Positions 1 through 12,204 of a stretch of 64,000 nt of DNA are shown here, piece by piece. The stretch is from assembly GCA_043228905.1 (NCBI GenBank), contig JBHGNT010000005.1, positions 12,400,001 to 12,464,000 on the forward strand, written 5' to 3'. The translations under genes were made by a program, and so were the position numbers. Position 1 is the first letter of the stretch; every line of letters starts with the position of its first letter. The DNA is from Azolla caroliniana (taxonomy: Eukaryota; Plantae; Polypodiophyta). A model generated the notes under the pieces. The model saw nothing but the letters and a program-made list of their open reading frames with translations. It had not been told where the DNA came from and did no database searches.

Positions 1-1078
1 TCGAATATTTTGTATTCATTTTCCAAGGATATAAACAAATATAGGATGGACAAAGGATCAACATGTGCATGGAATGCATTTAAAAAATCCATTATGTTTT
101 TAGTCTAAAACATTATCTTCCTAGTTTACACAATTTCCCATTGAAATAAGAAACAAACGAATTAAACATACAACTTACATATGACCCTCCACATGCCTAT
201 CCACGAGTATTTTATCATTAGGAGACAAACATTTTTTCATCCTATTAAATTAGTTTAAGACATCCATTTTTCCCACATAGTATTGTTGAAATGCAATTTC
301 TATTGACCATACAAAATGTATATTGATTTCATCATGTGCTCGATCTTCTAATCCTTGCATTAGAATTCAATTTTTAGAAATATCCAAGACAAATAGGCAT
401 GCTATTAGAGTATTCAAAATATAGATCATTTAGATGATGGGCAAAACATATCTACTTGATGACTGCAAATTACAAAACAAGATTATTGAAAATAGCCTCT
501 TATTATTAAAAAGTTCATACATAATTGATCAAACATGTCTATTGAGTATTTTGATATAAAGAGGGGTGTACCAACTCAAATTCATAAAAAAAACATTCTA
601 TCATGTAGTTTTATCCACGTGATTGATTTGTATGTGTTTCCAACAACAAGATTGAAAAGAAGAAGAGAGTCGACAATATGTTTTCGAAGAAGAAGAAGAA
701 GTAGATCAAGAAGTAGATATGTGTTTTTTAGAAGTTAGGTCAAAATCTACTTTCAATATTTCTGAAATTGATAAATTTAACCTTTAAAATATGCGTTAAA
801 AGAAAATATTTATAAAACTATCACCCAAATTGTTAAGCCGTTTAAAACCGTTTAAACCGCGGTTTTCAAACCGTTTAAACCGAAACCTTTAAACCGATGA
901 GGGGTCGAACCAAACCAAACCGAACTGTTGCCCCCTTGAACCAAACCAAAACTGAACCAAAACCGAACCAAACCGTTTATGAAAATCCGAACTTGAACCA
1001 AACCAAACCGAACCATTGAAACCGCTAAACCGTTAACCTGTGGTTTCGTGGTTTGGTTTGGTTCAAACCGAACCACTG
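1..1078. mobile_element. One end of a hAT-like DNA transposon (AT-rich body, subterminal repeats, putative TIR), abutting an LTR
   Basis: Dense AAACCG/AAACC subterminal motifs at 831-1075. The terminus reads CAGTGGTTCGG on the minus strand from 1078, a CAG-type start typical of hAT TIRs. Other end and TSD lie outside the window. No intact transposase. Confidence 0.55.
831..1078. repeat. AAACCG/GAACCAAACC subterminal repeat cluster, partly inverted
   Basis: Many direct copies of aaaccg/aaccaaacc plus inverted ggtttggtttggttc copies near 1050-1064. Confidence 0.85.
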
Positions 1079-1498
1079 TCGATTGTTATGCCTCACCCCT
1101 TACTACTATAAAAGGGAGTGAGGGGTCACTTTGGAAGGGGTTGCCTATTTTGAGGGAGAGAGGTATACCACTTAGGTCGAGGGTTTCCCATTTCGGTTTT
1201 AGGGTTTCGTTTAGGGTTTCTTCTTCATCTTCTTTACTTGCTTATCCGGTTAGGGTTTTGTTATACCGTTTGGTGCGGCCTATGCACCTTGGTTGTAATC
1301 TTTTGTGAACTCTTAATATAGCTTGTTGATCTTCTTGCCTTGTGGGTGTATCTTGACTCCATCTATTCTATTCTATGTTTATGTCTTTTTCTTTCTCATC
1401 TCCTCTTGAGCTAAACTTCCATTTCTCCTCTACTCCCTAGTCCAAGACCCCTGTGGTCCCACCTAAGATCCTACACGTACTCGCGGAATATCGCGACA
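1079..1498 (+). mobile_element. 5'-truncated LTR of the tRNA-Trp family (3' LTR or solo LTR)
   Basis: Clearly similar to LTRs 14221-14759 and 18434-18998 (tataaaagg...gaggggtcact...ggttgcctattttgagggagagagg). Ends ...cgcgaCA at 1498. No PBS follows. Confidence 0.85.
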
Positions 1499-1749
1499 AC
1501 GTCGGACCCGTCCCTCTACTCATCGTTCAAAATGTCCATGATGTTCGGCTCCGTCCGTACGACCTGGTCGATTGGCTCCGTAGGTGCTTTGTTGTTCTGC
1601 TCGACTGGCTCCTCCAATTGCGTATCGTCCACTTCACCACGTTCGGTCGGTGTGTGAGTTCCCATGTTGTCAGATTCTGTACTCCGCATGATCAGGGCTG
1701 GTTCCGTTGGTTCGATGTCTGGATCATTCCTCCAAGTTTCTAGTGTGGG

Positions 1750-4173
1750 CTCTTTAGTCTATGGGCAAGCGGTCGGACGGGGCTCTTCCCTGTCTGTTTC
1801 TTCTGTAGCGTTGACAAGCATAGTGGTCACCTCCAGAGGGTTGTTCGAATTGGGCTGTGCCTCATCTTGTTCGGAGGAATCATTGTCTAGTACCGCAATT
1901 GTCTTCGTCCTTTGCTGTTCACTGCTGACCTCCATTAGCCGGCGGAAAATGTCTTCTTGACTTTCCCCAAAATCTTCCAACAGCTGCGTGAGTGCTTCGA
2001 AGTGCTGGTCCGCTAGCGTGCGATAGTCTTGCGCGAGGTCTTCGCGTACTACCACAATGCTTTCTTCATTGAGCTTGTAGAAGCCTCTGCCTTCTTTTCG
2101 TTGGTTCTCTTAGTCCGCTCGGTAGGTGTGCAATTCTGCTGCTTGCGTTGCCCATGCCGTCCATCCTTTGTCCAATGCCGCTTTCAACTGTGCCATAAAC
2201 CGCTTGTGATTTGTTTAAAGAAGGACGTGTACATTGTCCGTTAATGTTTGGGAGCGGGTGTGCGCTTCGTCCAGGGCTTTCTTGAGGTTTTTGATTTTAC
2301 GCTTATTGGCCGTAGCCGTTTCCTCATAGAGGCTCTTCATCTTCGTCCATATCTGGGATTCTTTCAAGTGTAGTTCCTCGAGCCAACCCATTTCATTGTT
2401 CAGGCGTACTTCTACCTGATGCTTCAGTTCCTGTTCCCGCACGAGCTACTCATTGTACCAGGCTTTCTTCCTGTCCAATAACTCTCGGAGTCCCGTGATA
2501 ACGATTTCTGTCTTTTGGGCTTCCTCACACAGCTTCATGTTTTCTTCTTTTGTGTGGGTATGCGTTGCTGTCTCTGCCTTGAGCTTATCTTCCAGTGCTT
2601 TCACCGCCCTTCGTCCTTTTGCCTGAACATCCTTTTCTCTGTCTGATGATTGGCACAATTCCGTGCGGAGGCGGTCAATCTCGGACTCGGCTAATTGCGT
2701 AGATCTTTTTGCTTTTGCGGTGATGGCGGTTTGTGCTTCGACCTCCTCCCGTAAAGTTGTCGATGCGTCATCGCTGGATGCCAGTCCGGGGTTTTGCTGC
2801 GTCGTAGTTGCGCTGCGTTCTAATTCCGCAATGAGCTATTGGGCCTTCTGAAGTTGGGTTTGAGTCAGCTTGACTGTTTTCCAGACATTCTTATTTTTGA
2901 TATCTTTGCCTCCCATACTGACTGTGGCCAACTCCCTATGTACTTCAACGAGGGCCGTATTCAATGGGGGTAATTCAATGCCCATGCGGCGAATCCTTGT
3001 GTTCCGCTATTTGCCTATCTTGGGGAGGGGTCCCTCATAGTCGCTTTCCGCCGTTCTCGGCAGCGCACGCTCAATCATTTGCTGTTCTGCATGCTCCTCG
3101 GCCATTCTCTGGGACACCTTGATCTGTTGTGTCGCCAAAAATTCCATGAGTTCGTAAGTCGTCCCAAACTGTAACAGCGCGCCGAACTCATGGGCCGTAT
3201 CCGAGATGTCTGGATGCTTGAGGACTTCGCTTTCCGTTGTGAGCACTCCATTGCCATGCTGCGACTGAGCCGTAATGATCAGCTGTGGTTCCTGGATTAT
3301 CTCCAATGTAGTTATGTGCTCCGTAGGGGTGGAAGAGTCGACTGGTGTGGTTGTATCTTTGACCAGTCCGTGGCCATCCTTCCAATCTAATCTTCACCGT
3401 TTTTGCTTGGGGCTTTCTTGATTCTGTTCCGTTTCTTGCTCAGTCGTTGATGTTGGTGTTTCGACCGACCTTGCTAGTTGTTCCGACTGCAATGATTGCG
3501 CTACGGGGTGGGAAGGTTGTGGTTCCTCTTCCCATTCCGTAGTTGCCAATTCCGATAACTATCGTTTCGTGGATCGTGGCGGAGGCGTAGGTTTACTAGG
3601 CAGTGGGGCGGGCAGACCGCGAGGCGGAAACAATATTGTAAGGTACTGTTGTATAATCAGCCTGGGCCTTTTGCCGGCCTGGTATGCGTGCATGCCCTCT
3701 CTTAGCGCTGGTCCCATAATCACTCCCCAATCTACTTCGTGCCCTTCGAATGTATCAATGATAATGCCTGCCTTCTGTTTCGACATCCCATACGCGTTGA
3801 CTTGCACACAACCGACCTCAAGTAGGAACTTGACTATTTCCCGAAAGAATGGGTTTAGGATGTCTTTCGTTCTGTATGCCTTGGCTGATACAGAGTATTC
3901 CCCAAAATATTCTTCTAGGGTTTCTGTAGGGGGAATGTTGAAGTTTTTCTCCCCAATTGCAAATAGGTCCAAATTTTTCCGAATGGTGGTGTTTGTCACA
4001 GTGTCCATCTTGAGCTTTTTGGCGATGTCAAGAGCATCAGGGTGTGATGGTGCCTCGACGACCCTGATGTAACCCTCAAAACCCTTTTCTAGGAACCACC
4101 TGTGTAAAGCTATAGAGATGGGAGCCGGCATCGTGGGTGGAAGAGGCTCATATAGAATAGGCGAAGCTCTCAA
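1750..4173 (-). pseudogene. Extra 3' ORF of gypsy-1: conserved N-terminal domain, Pro-rich linker, long coiled-coil region
   Basis: ORF 3559-4173 is collinear with ORF 11440-12204 (YFGEYS, YRT, FREI, EG..VDW, LT.L.PP). Downstream E/K/Q-rich pieces at 3007-3306, 2446-2658, 2215-2442 and 1759-2055. Confidence 0.75.
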
Positions 4174-4269
4174 ACTACGGTGATCATGAACTCTGTGGTA
4201 TGGTGGGGAGCAAGGAAGGCAAGGAGAGTTAGTCTGTTTTTTGTAGTGCGTAGAAAACCTTCTTTTCCC

Positions 4270-6473
4270 CTCTTTTTGTGTACGGCATGAAATGGGTTCG
4301 GGGGCGTAGGTCCTAGATAAGGTTTTAATCGGAACCCATTTACTTTTTTCCGAAGTATAACTCTAGCGAGGGTACCCAATTGGAAGGTACCATTTTCCGC
4401 TCTAACTATCCAATACGGCCCTATCTAGCGGAACCGTAACTTACCTGGCATTTGACCCATGGGTGTTTGAAAGACCAATACAGCCTTCCCAATTGCAAAG
4501 CATTTCTCCCGTGAGCCTCAATGTCGATCCATGAATGCTTTACACCGTCGCTGCTCTTGCTCGAGTGTGGCCATACTATGGACCTGAGCCTCGCCTAATT
4601 CGAGAAGTTGTTGTAGCCGTATTTTCTCGGACTTGCCTTCTGACAGTCGGTCTCGTACTTGAATTTTCAAATTGGACACCTAGAATTTGATGGGCATTAC
4701 GGCTTCTAACCCAAATGCTAGCCGGAAAGGTGTGGACTGTACGCTAGTTTTGTAACTCGTCCGATATGCCCACAAGGCGCTATGCAACTTAGTATCCTAG
4801 TCTATTTTATTCTCATTCACGATCTTTTTCATTATGGTTTGTAAGGTCTTGTTTGCGGACTCCACTAACCCATTCGCCTGCGAGTAATATGACGTGCTCT
4901 TCTTATGCACTATGACGTAATGGTGCGTTAGCTCGTAGATGACCGAATTCAGAAAGTGGCTCCCTTGATCACTTATGATCTCGATTGGGCAACCAAACTG
5001 ACACCAAATGTATTCGTAAAGAAATTTTGCCGTGGATGCCACCGTATTATCTCGTAACACTTTTTCTTCTACCCACTTAGTGCAGTAATCTGTGGCTACG
5101 AGAATGTACTTATTGCCGGTTCACGCCGTTGCTGGCGTAAAGGGACCAACAAAATCCAGACCCCATTTTTGGAATGGATCTAGCGGAAGAACCGGTTGGT
5201 GTGGCATCCGTGTGAGCTCCGTAGGTTTCCCCAACTCTTGACATAGATCACACAGCCTATAGTATTGATACGCATCTTTCTGCGTTGTTGGCCACCATAG
5301 ACCTACTTGCCATATTTTTCGGGTTGTCACATCGCCCACGTAATGTCCCTTGGCCGTACCGCAAGGAGCTTCGCGGAGAACGGCTTCCTTTTCATACTGG
5401 CGTATCCCACGTCGCCAGATCCCATTGATGCCCTTGTGGTAAAGTACTACTTCGACCAAGCAAAAGTTACGACTGCTGACAACCATGCATTTCTTTTCAT
5501 CTATCCTTAACTGCAAAGGTGGCAGTCCCGTGGTCAGAAAGTACGTCATTTCCACCAGCCAATGATCTGGAAAATTTGTCTCTACCTGTGATGCCATAGT
5601 CATGATCCTCAGAATATCAACATTAGGAAAGTCGTCATTGTCCCTTACCACATTATCGCCATTATCCATTCTGCCTAAGAAATTAGCTATGGCATGCTTC
5701 GTGCCCAGTCGATGCTGAATTGCGAAATCGAACTCCTGGAGCAACAACATCCATTTGGCCAGCTTCCATGTCAGTGCCTGTTTCTCAACTAGATACAATA
5801 ATGTCGCGTGATCGACATGAAACGTAAATCAGCACCCTAGCAAATAATGCCAGAATTTGTTGATGCTATATATCATCCCCAAGGCTTCACGCTCGGTTGT
5901 GGAGTAGTTCCTCTCGGTAGTTGATAGTTTACGATTGGCGTAATAAACCGGTTTGTACCAACTCGGCTCTGTGAGTTGCATTAATGTGATGCCTATTGCT
6001 ATATCTGCGGCATCCACAAAGACATGAAATGGTTTAGTCCAATCTGGTGGTTGTACGACCGGTGCTTGGGTTAACATTATCTTGAGAGCGTCGTAAGCTT
6101 TCTCTTCTATTGCCATCCACTTGAAGGGCGTTCGATGTACGACAACGTGTAATGGGGTCGCAAAATCCGCCAAGTACCATAACATGCGGCTATGCCAACG
6201 TATTTGACCCAGGAAGCAGATGAGGGCTTTGGCATTAGTTAGAGTCTTTGCTTCAATGATCGTCGTGATTTTGTTTGGATCCACCGCTATCCCTTCCTTG
6301 CTTACGAGGTGTCCGAGAACTGCCCCACTGGTGATGCCGAATGCACATTTGGCCGGATTAAGGCTGAGGCGTGACGTATGACAGCGCTCCAAACAAACTC
6401 GAAGATGGCCCAAATGTTCGCCTCGTGTTCCATATACCATGAAATCGTCGAGAAAGACTCACATAAAGGCGGG
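4270..6473 (-). pseudogene. pol: gypsy pol (RT C-terminus, RNase H, integrase), broken by stops
   Basis: ORFs 5829-6440, 5121-5798, 4797-5060 and 4170-4379 in RT-RH-INT order. Confidence 0.9.
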
Positions 6474-7293
6474 TCTTAGTACAAAAAGATGGAGGTCTTG
6501 AAGAGCTTTCGGATTCACTTTACTACATAAGAAACGAACATCTAAGTGTCAACTTATGTGGGTAGGAAGTTTGTGAAGACAAACAGAAAAATAAAATTGT
6601 GAGATATCCCACATAGACAAGAAATAAGGATCTCACCATATAAAAGGTAGAGCAAAAGTTATTATCTTTGTGTCTATGTGTGGAGCATAGAGAGTTCAAG
6701 GTGACTTGAACTAAGCTATTGGATGAATGGGTGTGGCCTGACTACTTGCAAAGGTTTTGGCCAACCAAAACCGGATCGGCAATGTAACCGGCATCCGGCA
6801 ACGGAACCGGGATCCAGTGTTTGGCGACGGAACTAGGATCCGGTAACCAGCGACCGGACGGTAACCAACAACTAGCGGCCGGCAACGGAGCCGGTATTCG
6901 GTGACCGAACAGTAACCGTCATCCGGTAACTCGCAACCGGCGACCACAAAGGGAAAACATGCATTTTATGCATGTCTTGTACCCTCAAATGCATGAGGGC
7001 ATCTATAAAAGTGGAGGGGAAAAAGATGAGAGGACTAATGTAAATTTTTTGGATCAAGCAAGCTTTGTACTTTATAGCAAAATTAATATTAAGAAGAAAA
7101 TTCGTTATCCAATTGATGTATTAATCTTTCTCTCAATCTAAAATCAAGAGTTTTATCTTATCTCAATCTCTCTCTTTTTCAATCTATCTTAAATCCTTTC
7201 TCGCTAAAGCTAGTGCAAACTTCGAATCCTTCCTGTCCAGAACCCTGGCGGTTCAGCCTCACGATCTGCGCATAGTGACGGATCTTCACGACA
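6474..7293 (+). mobile_element. 5' LTR (5'-truncated) of a tRNA-Trp-primed element
   Basis: Ends ...cacgaCA at 7293. TATA-like ctataaaa near 7003. Shares tgtgagatatcccacataga with solo LTR 29085-30491. Followed by PBS and gag. Confidence 0.75.
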
Positions 7294-7301
7294 TAATTAA
7301 G

Positions 7302-7318
7302 TGGTGAACCCAACGTGA
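7302..7318 (+). promoter_or_regulatory. Primer-binding site, tRNA-Trp
   Basis: TGGTGAACCCAACGTGA, one mismatch to the complement of the plant tRNA-Trp 3' end (TCACGTCGGGTTCACCA, recalled). Confidence 0.85.
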
Positions 7319-7365
7319 AAGAGGTGGCAGGAAGGATCAAATCAAGGATCAACTGATACTTGGAG

Positions 7366-8110
7366 ATGGCATCCTCAAGCAACCAAGCGGGAGAGTTTGA
7401 AAGGATGATGCTGATCGTCGAACAAATGATGAGATCTCGAGACAACGATGCGAGCGTGGAGAAGGCTGTTGACCGTGTCGTAGAGCTCGAGGGTTAATTC
7501 GACGGAAGGAACATTACGAAGTTCCTTGATGCATTTAGAAGGGAGATGAATCAAAGGGACGTGTCCGAAGCACGTCAAATCGCAAGCTTCAAGAGAGTGA
7601 TCGCCAACAACATCCAAAGACGTATTATCGAGATTCAAGAAGGTAAGACAACATGGTACGAGTTCGAGAAAGCGATATTAGCGGAGTTCGCGACTGAAGA
7701 CTCGACAAGGATGACTCGACATGTCCTCATGAAATGGATAGAGAAGAAAAATAAGAAGATGAGCGTCTCGAGGGTATACGACGAGTTCGACAAGATGTTT
7801 GGTCGTCTCCCTTCCATGGACCAAGTGCTTCTTGAGGAAGACAAGAGTTTGTACTTCTTGAAAGCCGTGGACATGAAGGATAGAAAAGAGTTGGGGACTC
7901 TCCTCGAAGATGATACCCAAGCAAATGGCCTTGTGGCGGACTGGGTTGCGGTGAAGCAAGCATGCAACAAGATCGACAAGCGTCATCGATGACTCCATGA
8001 TATTGACTTGGTAAGACCAAGCGTAGAAAAAGCAAAACCATCTAAAGAAGTCGAGACGCCTAAACAACGCATCCAACATGAAAAGAAGATTGATGATGAC
8101 TCAAGGACGA
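7366..8110 (+). pseudogene. gag: Retrotransposon gag, truncated
   Basis: ATG 7366 is in frame with ORF 7546-7992 across one stop. VDRVV..FDGRNITKFLDAF resembles VDRVVRFNGDDVPRFLEAY at 14906. Lies directly after the PBS. Confidence 0.75.
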
Positions 8111-8124
8111 TGACGGCCATTTCA

Positions 8125-8783
8125 AAGGAGGTCGAATGTTTCGGATGACCAGTTGGATGAAGAACCGGCGAGTAGTGTAGACTCTGTCGTGCTCTCCCCG
8201 CGGAAGGAACTGAGGAGACGGTTCATGCGCAAAGAGAAGGGGAAGAAGAAGATGCCGGAATACGATACCAGTAGTGAAGGGTCGGATCGGAGCGAACCTG
8301 ACCCCGGAAAGGGAGAAGGCGGATCTTCAGAAAGGAAGTCCGAACCGGCCAAGAAGGGCCTCAAACCGGGTAACGAAAAGTTATGCTGGTCAACCCGTCA
8401 AAAGAAAATCATCATGAGGTACGGATACAATGAGTACATGGCTTACATGACTAAGGTGGCAGAAGTGCGTGAGCCGGAGAGTTACGCAGAAGCAGCGAAA
8501 GACGCAAATTGGTGTGCTGCTATGGAGGAAGAAATGCAGGCACTAGATACCCACGACACATGGGACCTGGTTGACCCACACCGACAGTGCAAACCGATCA
8601 ATTGCAAGTGGGTGTACAAGGTAAAGTACAATGCCGACGGTTCGGTCAATCGGTACAAGGCCCGGTTAGTGGCGAAGGGATATGCACAGACCCACGGAAT
8701 CAACTACGATGAGACCTTCGCTCCGGTAGCGAAGATGATGAGGGTTCGTGTGGTACTGGCAATTGCTGCGGCAAGGGGATGAC
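8125..8783 (+). pseudogene. pol: Ty1/copia fragment (INT-RT linker and RT start), copia family A
   Basis: [44 protein letters not shown]. Cut by the LTR at 8784. Confidence 0.92.
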
Positions 8784-9210
8784 TGTTAACTCTTAGGGCC
8801 GGACAATGGCCTAACACAGGGTGTCTACGGAAGACACTTCACCAAAGGGGTGTTACGGCAAGAGGATTAGGCTCAACGATTAATCCGACTTAATTAGGTT
8901 ACTTAGCAAGATCGTCCTTAATAATCACACACGTAAGATATAACAATGAATGCAGAACGACAATTAACACAGAGAGATAAAAACACTAAGCTTCATTAAT
9001 TATCCGGTTAACATTACATTGCATCCGGGCCTTTAAATAGGTTTCCGGTTTGTAGTACAAAACGGTGCCATCCGCACCTGTTCGGGATCGGTCCGGATCC
9101 AGAACGGCATACTGATTCCGGTCCGTTCGTCCAGACTAATAGCTTACTTACAACCATTCCATAATAACTCCTTCGTTACACACTCTGGACTCCTTTGCCG
9201 GCCGGTAACA
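8784..9210 (-). repeat. 3' LTR of gypsy-2 (427 bp)
   Basis: TGTTA...TAACA inverted ends. TATA-like ctatttaaagg on the minus strand near 9030-9041. Same motif order as minus-oriented LTRs starting at 26027 and 49374. Confidence 0.85.
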
Positions 9211-9212
9211 CA

Positions 9213-9229
9213 TGGCACGCCCGTGGGAC
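9213..9229 (+). promoter_or_regulatory. Inverted tRNA-Arg(UCU)-type PBS at the expected PPT position
   Basis: TGGCACGCCCGTGGGAC, 2 nt from the LTR, versus TGGCACGCCCGGTGGGAC (recalled tRNA-Arg complement). No purine tract on the element's sense strand here. Confidence 0.75.
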
Positions 9230-9285
9230 AGTACCTTGTACGTCGAATCCACCATCCGACCCATGCTATTCTTCGTCCAAAATAA

Positions 9286-12204
9286 CTAGAATGCTTTGTA
9301 CGAGAGTCTCCAATGGTTCATTTGGAATTGGTTGTTGTTGTTGTTGTTGCTGCTGTTGCTGCTCCGTTGATGGCTGCTGCGACTAGTCCTTTGGTGGTTG
9401 TTGCGGCTGCTCCTCCGTTTGTTGCTCTGACACCGGCGTTTCCGTCGTTGCTCCCTCCGTCGTAGTGGTCTCCGGTTGACTGGTTCCAGCCTGGCCCTCG
9501 GCCGGCGACGGTTCCTCATCACTAAGGTTAACCGTTGCCAGTTCCCGTGCTTTTTCTTCCCGAACCCGGGACCGCTTGTAGCTTTCAAACTGGATTTGAG
9601 CTTCCAGCCTATCATCGTCTAGCTGAGCTACGAGTTGCCGGACCTGCACCAACTGTTCATCCACCAGGACTTGGAAGTCTTCAGCCAGCTCGTCCCGTTT
9701 GGCGGTGAAGTCCTCGGAAGTCAATGTGTAACAATCATCTCCTTCCTTCCGCCGGTTTGCCACGTCTACCTGTAGCAATTGGAGTTCCGCCGTATTTTGT
9801 GCCCACTTTGTCCACCATCTTACGGAGCTTTCGTCAATCAAGCGTTTTGTCTGATTCAGCCATGCCCGGAGGATGCACTGAATCTGGCCCGTTCCCATTT
9901 GCGATTTGATCTCCGCAGCTTGTCGTTCCTCCTTCAATTGCTTGATGATTTTGACGTTGTCTTCCGCCTGGTCCTTGTAATGCGTTAATTGCCTTTGATA
10001 TGTGCTTTGTAATTTTTGCAATACCGTTGGCGCTCTCTCCCTTTCTTCCTGCTACTGCCTCTGGAGCTCCATCCGGACCTTCTCCGCCTCGTCCAACCGT
10101 TTTGTATTTTCCGCTCGTTCGTCGGCGAGCGCCGTCACGGCCCGATCAACATCCTGTTGGAGCTCGGCCACCCGTTCCTTATGCTCCGTTTCCAGCCGTT
10201 TGTAGTCCCGGTGGAGGTGCTCAAAATCATCTGTCTTTTGCTTGAGCCGTACGTTGATCTGTCGACGGGCCCGGTCCTCGCGGTCCTTCTGCTGGCGGAG
10301 CTCCTCCTTTAGCCGTTCAATTTCCGTTTCCGCCGTCTTCCGCAGCTTGTCCTTTTCCTACAGCACTTTGTCTTTTTCCTCCCTTAGCCGGTCGTAAGCT
10401 TGATGGCCTTTCCGGAGGCTCTCCTCTGCCCGGCGGAGGTTCTTAGCAGTTTTCTTTAATTCTGCCTCGGCCGCTGTCTTCAATTCCCATTCATGGCTCC
10501 TTATCGCCTCTGGTGCGGCAAGTTCATCTCTCAATTCTGCAAGCTCCTGGGCTTGCGCCGCATCTCTCTCTGGAACGGTTTCCATTGCCGGGGTCTTATT
10601 AGTATGTACAAGTTGGTCTGTTTCTTTATTCTGTACACTTACCGGAGTCACCGGTGCTTGGATCTGTGTTGCCGTTAATGCCATTTTGGCCATTTCTGCC
10701 GTGACCTGATCCAAGTCTTTTTCAAGGCATCGGATTCTGGACCAGGCCGTCTCTAGTTGTTCGGTTGTGACGAGCAACCGTTCGCTTTGCGCTCGTTCTT
10801 CCGCCTCAATATACCCCACTGCTCCGGCAATCTGTTCGCCTATCCACCGGAGCCACAGGCTACCGGTGCATTGTTGTTGCGCTTGCACGGAGGTTTGACG
10901 GATGGGCTCGCTTGTGGGTGGGTGGTCCCTCTTGATTGCAATTCCGTTTCTGCCCGTGGACCACCTTGCTGTCCTGGTTCCCCTTGCGCTTCTTCTTGGT
11001 TGGCCGAGGGAGGCTGCATTGACCTTTTCGGCTCTCGCGGAATGGGACTTGCCGGTGGTGCCGGTGGTGCAGGGGCTTCTGATTCCGGTGCCATGCGCAC
11101 CGGTTCCAGTTCCTCCCTTGGCGTGGGAGTCTCAGTATGGGGAGCCGGTGTTCCCTCCGTTTGAGGGTTCGAACGTTTCCCGGCTGCCTCAACGGTCCTT
11201 GCCGACGACCGTCGCTGGAGGTGCTCCGTAGGCTCCTCCTCTATTTCCTCCTCCTGAGTCCCGGCATTGAGTTTCACCGCCAAGGGGTCCGCTTATCTAT
11301 TCACCGGTCGGCGTAGTGTAATCTTTACGGGCCGTACCGGTGGTTCCTCCTGCGCATCGGTTGGCCGCTTCCGACTGGCGCTCTCCTTTCCCGCCTGTTC
11401 TGCATCCGCCACTCTTCCCCGCTTCTTGGGCTGGACGGGCTAGACGGGTGGCACAAGCAAGGTGAGCAACTGCGTTACTGCGTGCCATATCCTCCGTCCT
11501 TCTCCGCCTTCTTTGCCGTTTTTTCCTCTGACGATCTCGATCACCGCACACAAACCGTCTGCGATCAATACCGGCCAATCCACCTTGATCCCTTCATAGG
11601 TGGCGATGATCATCCCTGCCCGGATCTGCGGCATGACAGGGGGTCTAGGGTACACATGGCCGTATTCGTGGAGCACACGGGCAATCTCGCGGAACAATAT
11701 ATCTCCGCCGCCCTGTGTCCGGTAGCCCTTGCTGGCTAGGGAGTACTCACCAAAATACTTGATGAGTTTCTCCGAGGTCAGATTGTCGATCGTGAATATG
11801 CCTCCCTTCGGAAGGCCTGTTAACGCACGGATTGCCTCCGCCGTTATGACCTCTGTGTCCATTTCTTTGATCACCTTGTCGGCTTCTTTGTGTGGTGGTA
11901 CCTCCATAATCGTCAAGAAGCCCTCGAGCCCGTGTTGCTTTAGCCATTTCTTGGCGGCTTCCGACAACGTTTGCGGGTCCATGTCTGTGTCGAGGTCGGA
12001 TTGTGGTGGCGAGGTTGGATGGTGATGAGAGTGAGAGTGAGAGAGAGAGAGTTCAGAAAGTGGGGGTTCTCTGTGCGTAGGTTCTCGTCTGGTGATCTTC
12101 CAATGCCTTGGTGCTTCTGTGCTCCTGGGTTCACGAAAGTAGAAGGTCTCCATGCGCTGTGGTTTTTCTTTGTGCATTCTGGTGCCTTTTTCGAGCGTGT
12201 GCAC
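9286..12204 (-). pseudogene. Extra 3' ORF of gypsy-2 (likely start ATG 11982, MDPQ; roughly 900 codons if repaired)
   Basis: ORFs 11440-12204, 10840-11283, 10358-10888 and 9383-10021: conserved domain, Pro/Glu-rich linker, coiled coil, Q/T-rich tail. Confidence 0.8.

Larger units (their letters stand above)
1499..6473 (-). mobile_element. Athila-like Ty3/gypsy internal fragment (gypsy-1): RT end, RNase H, integrase and extra 3' ORF
   Basis: Minus-strand ORF pieces with [42 protein letters not shown] and VNGFRLKPY. Truncated on both sides. Confidence 0.9.

Noticed and set aside
1-760. Possible transposase exons or host gene in AT-rich DNA
   Set aside because: Only short, stop-ridden frames with no motif I can support.
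9213-9229. A tRNA gene
   Set aside because: Only the 3' ~17 nt including CCA match; there is no tRNA body, so it is treated as a PBS-like site.
9195-9386. Poly-Cys ORF
   Set aside because: Antisense reading of the CAA/CAG-rich tail of the extra ORF.
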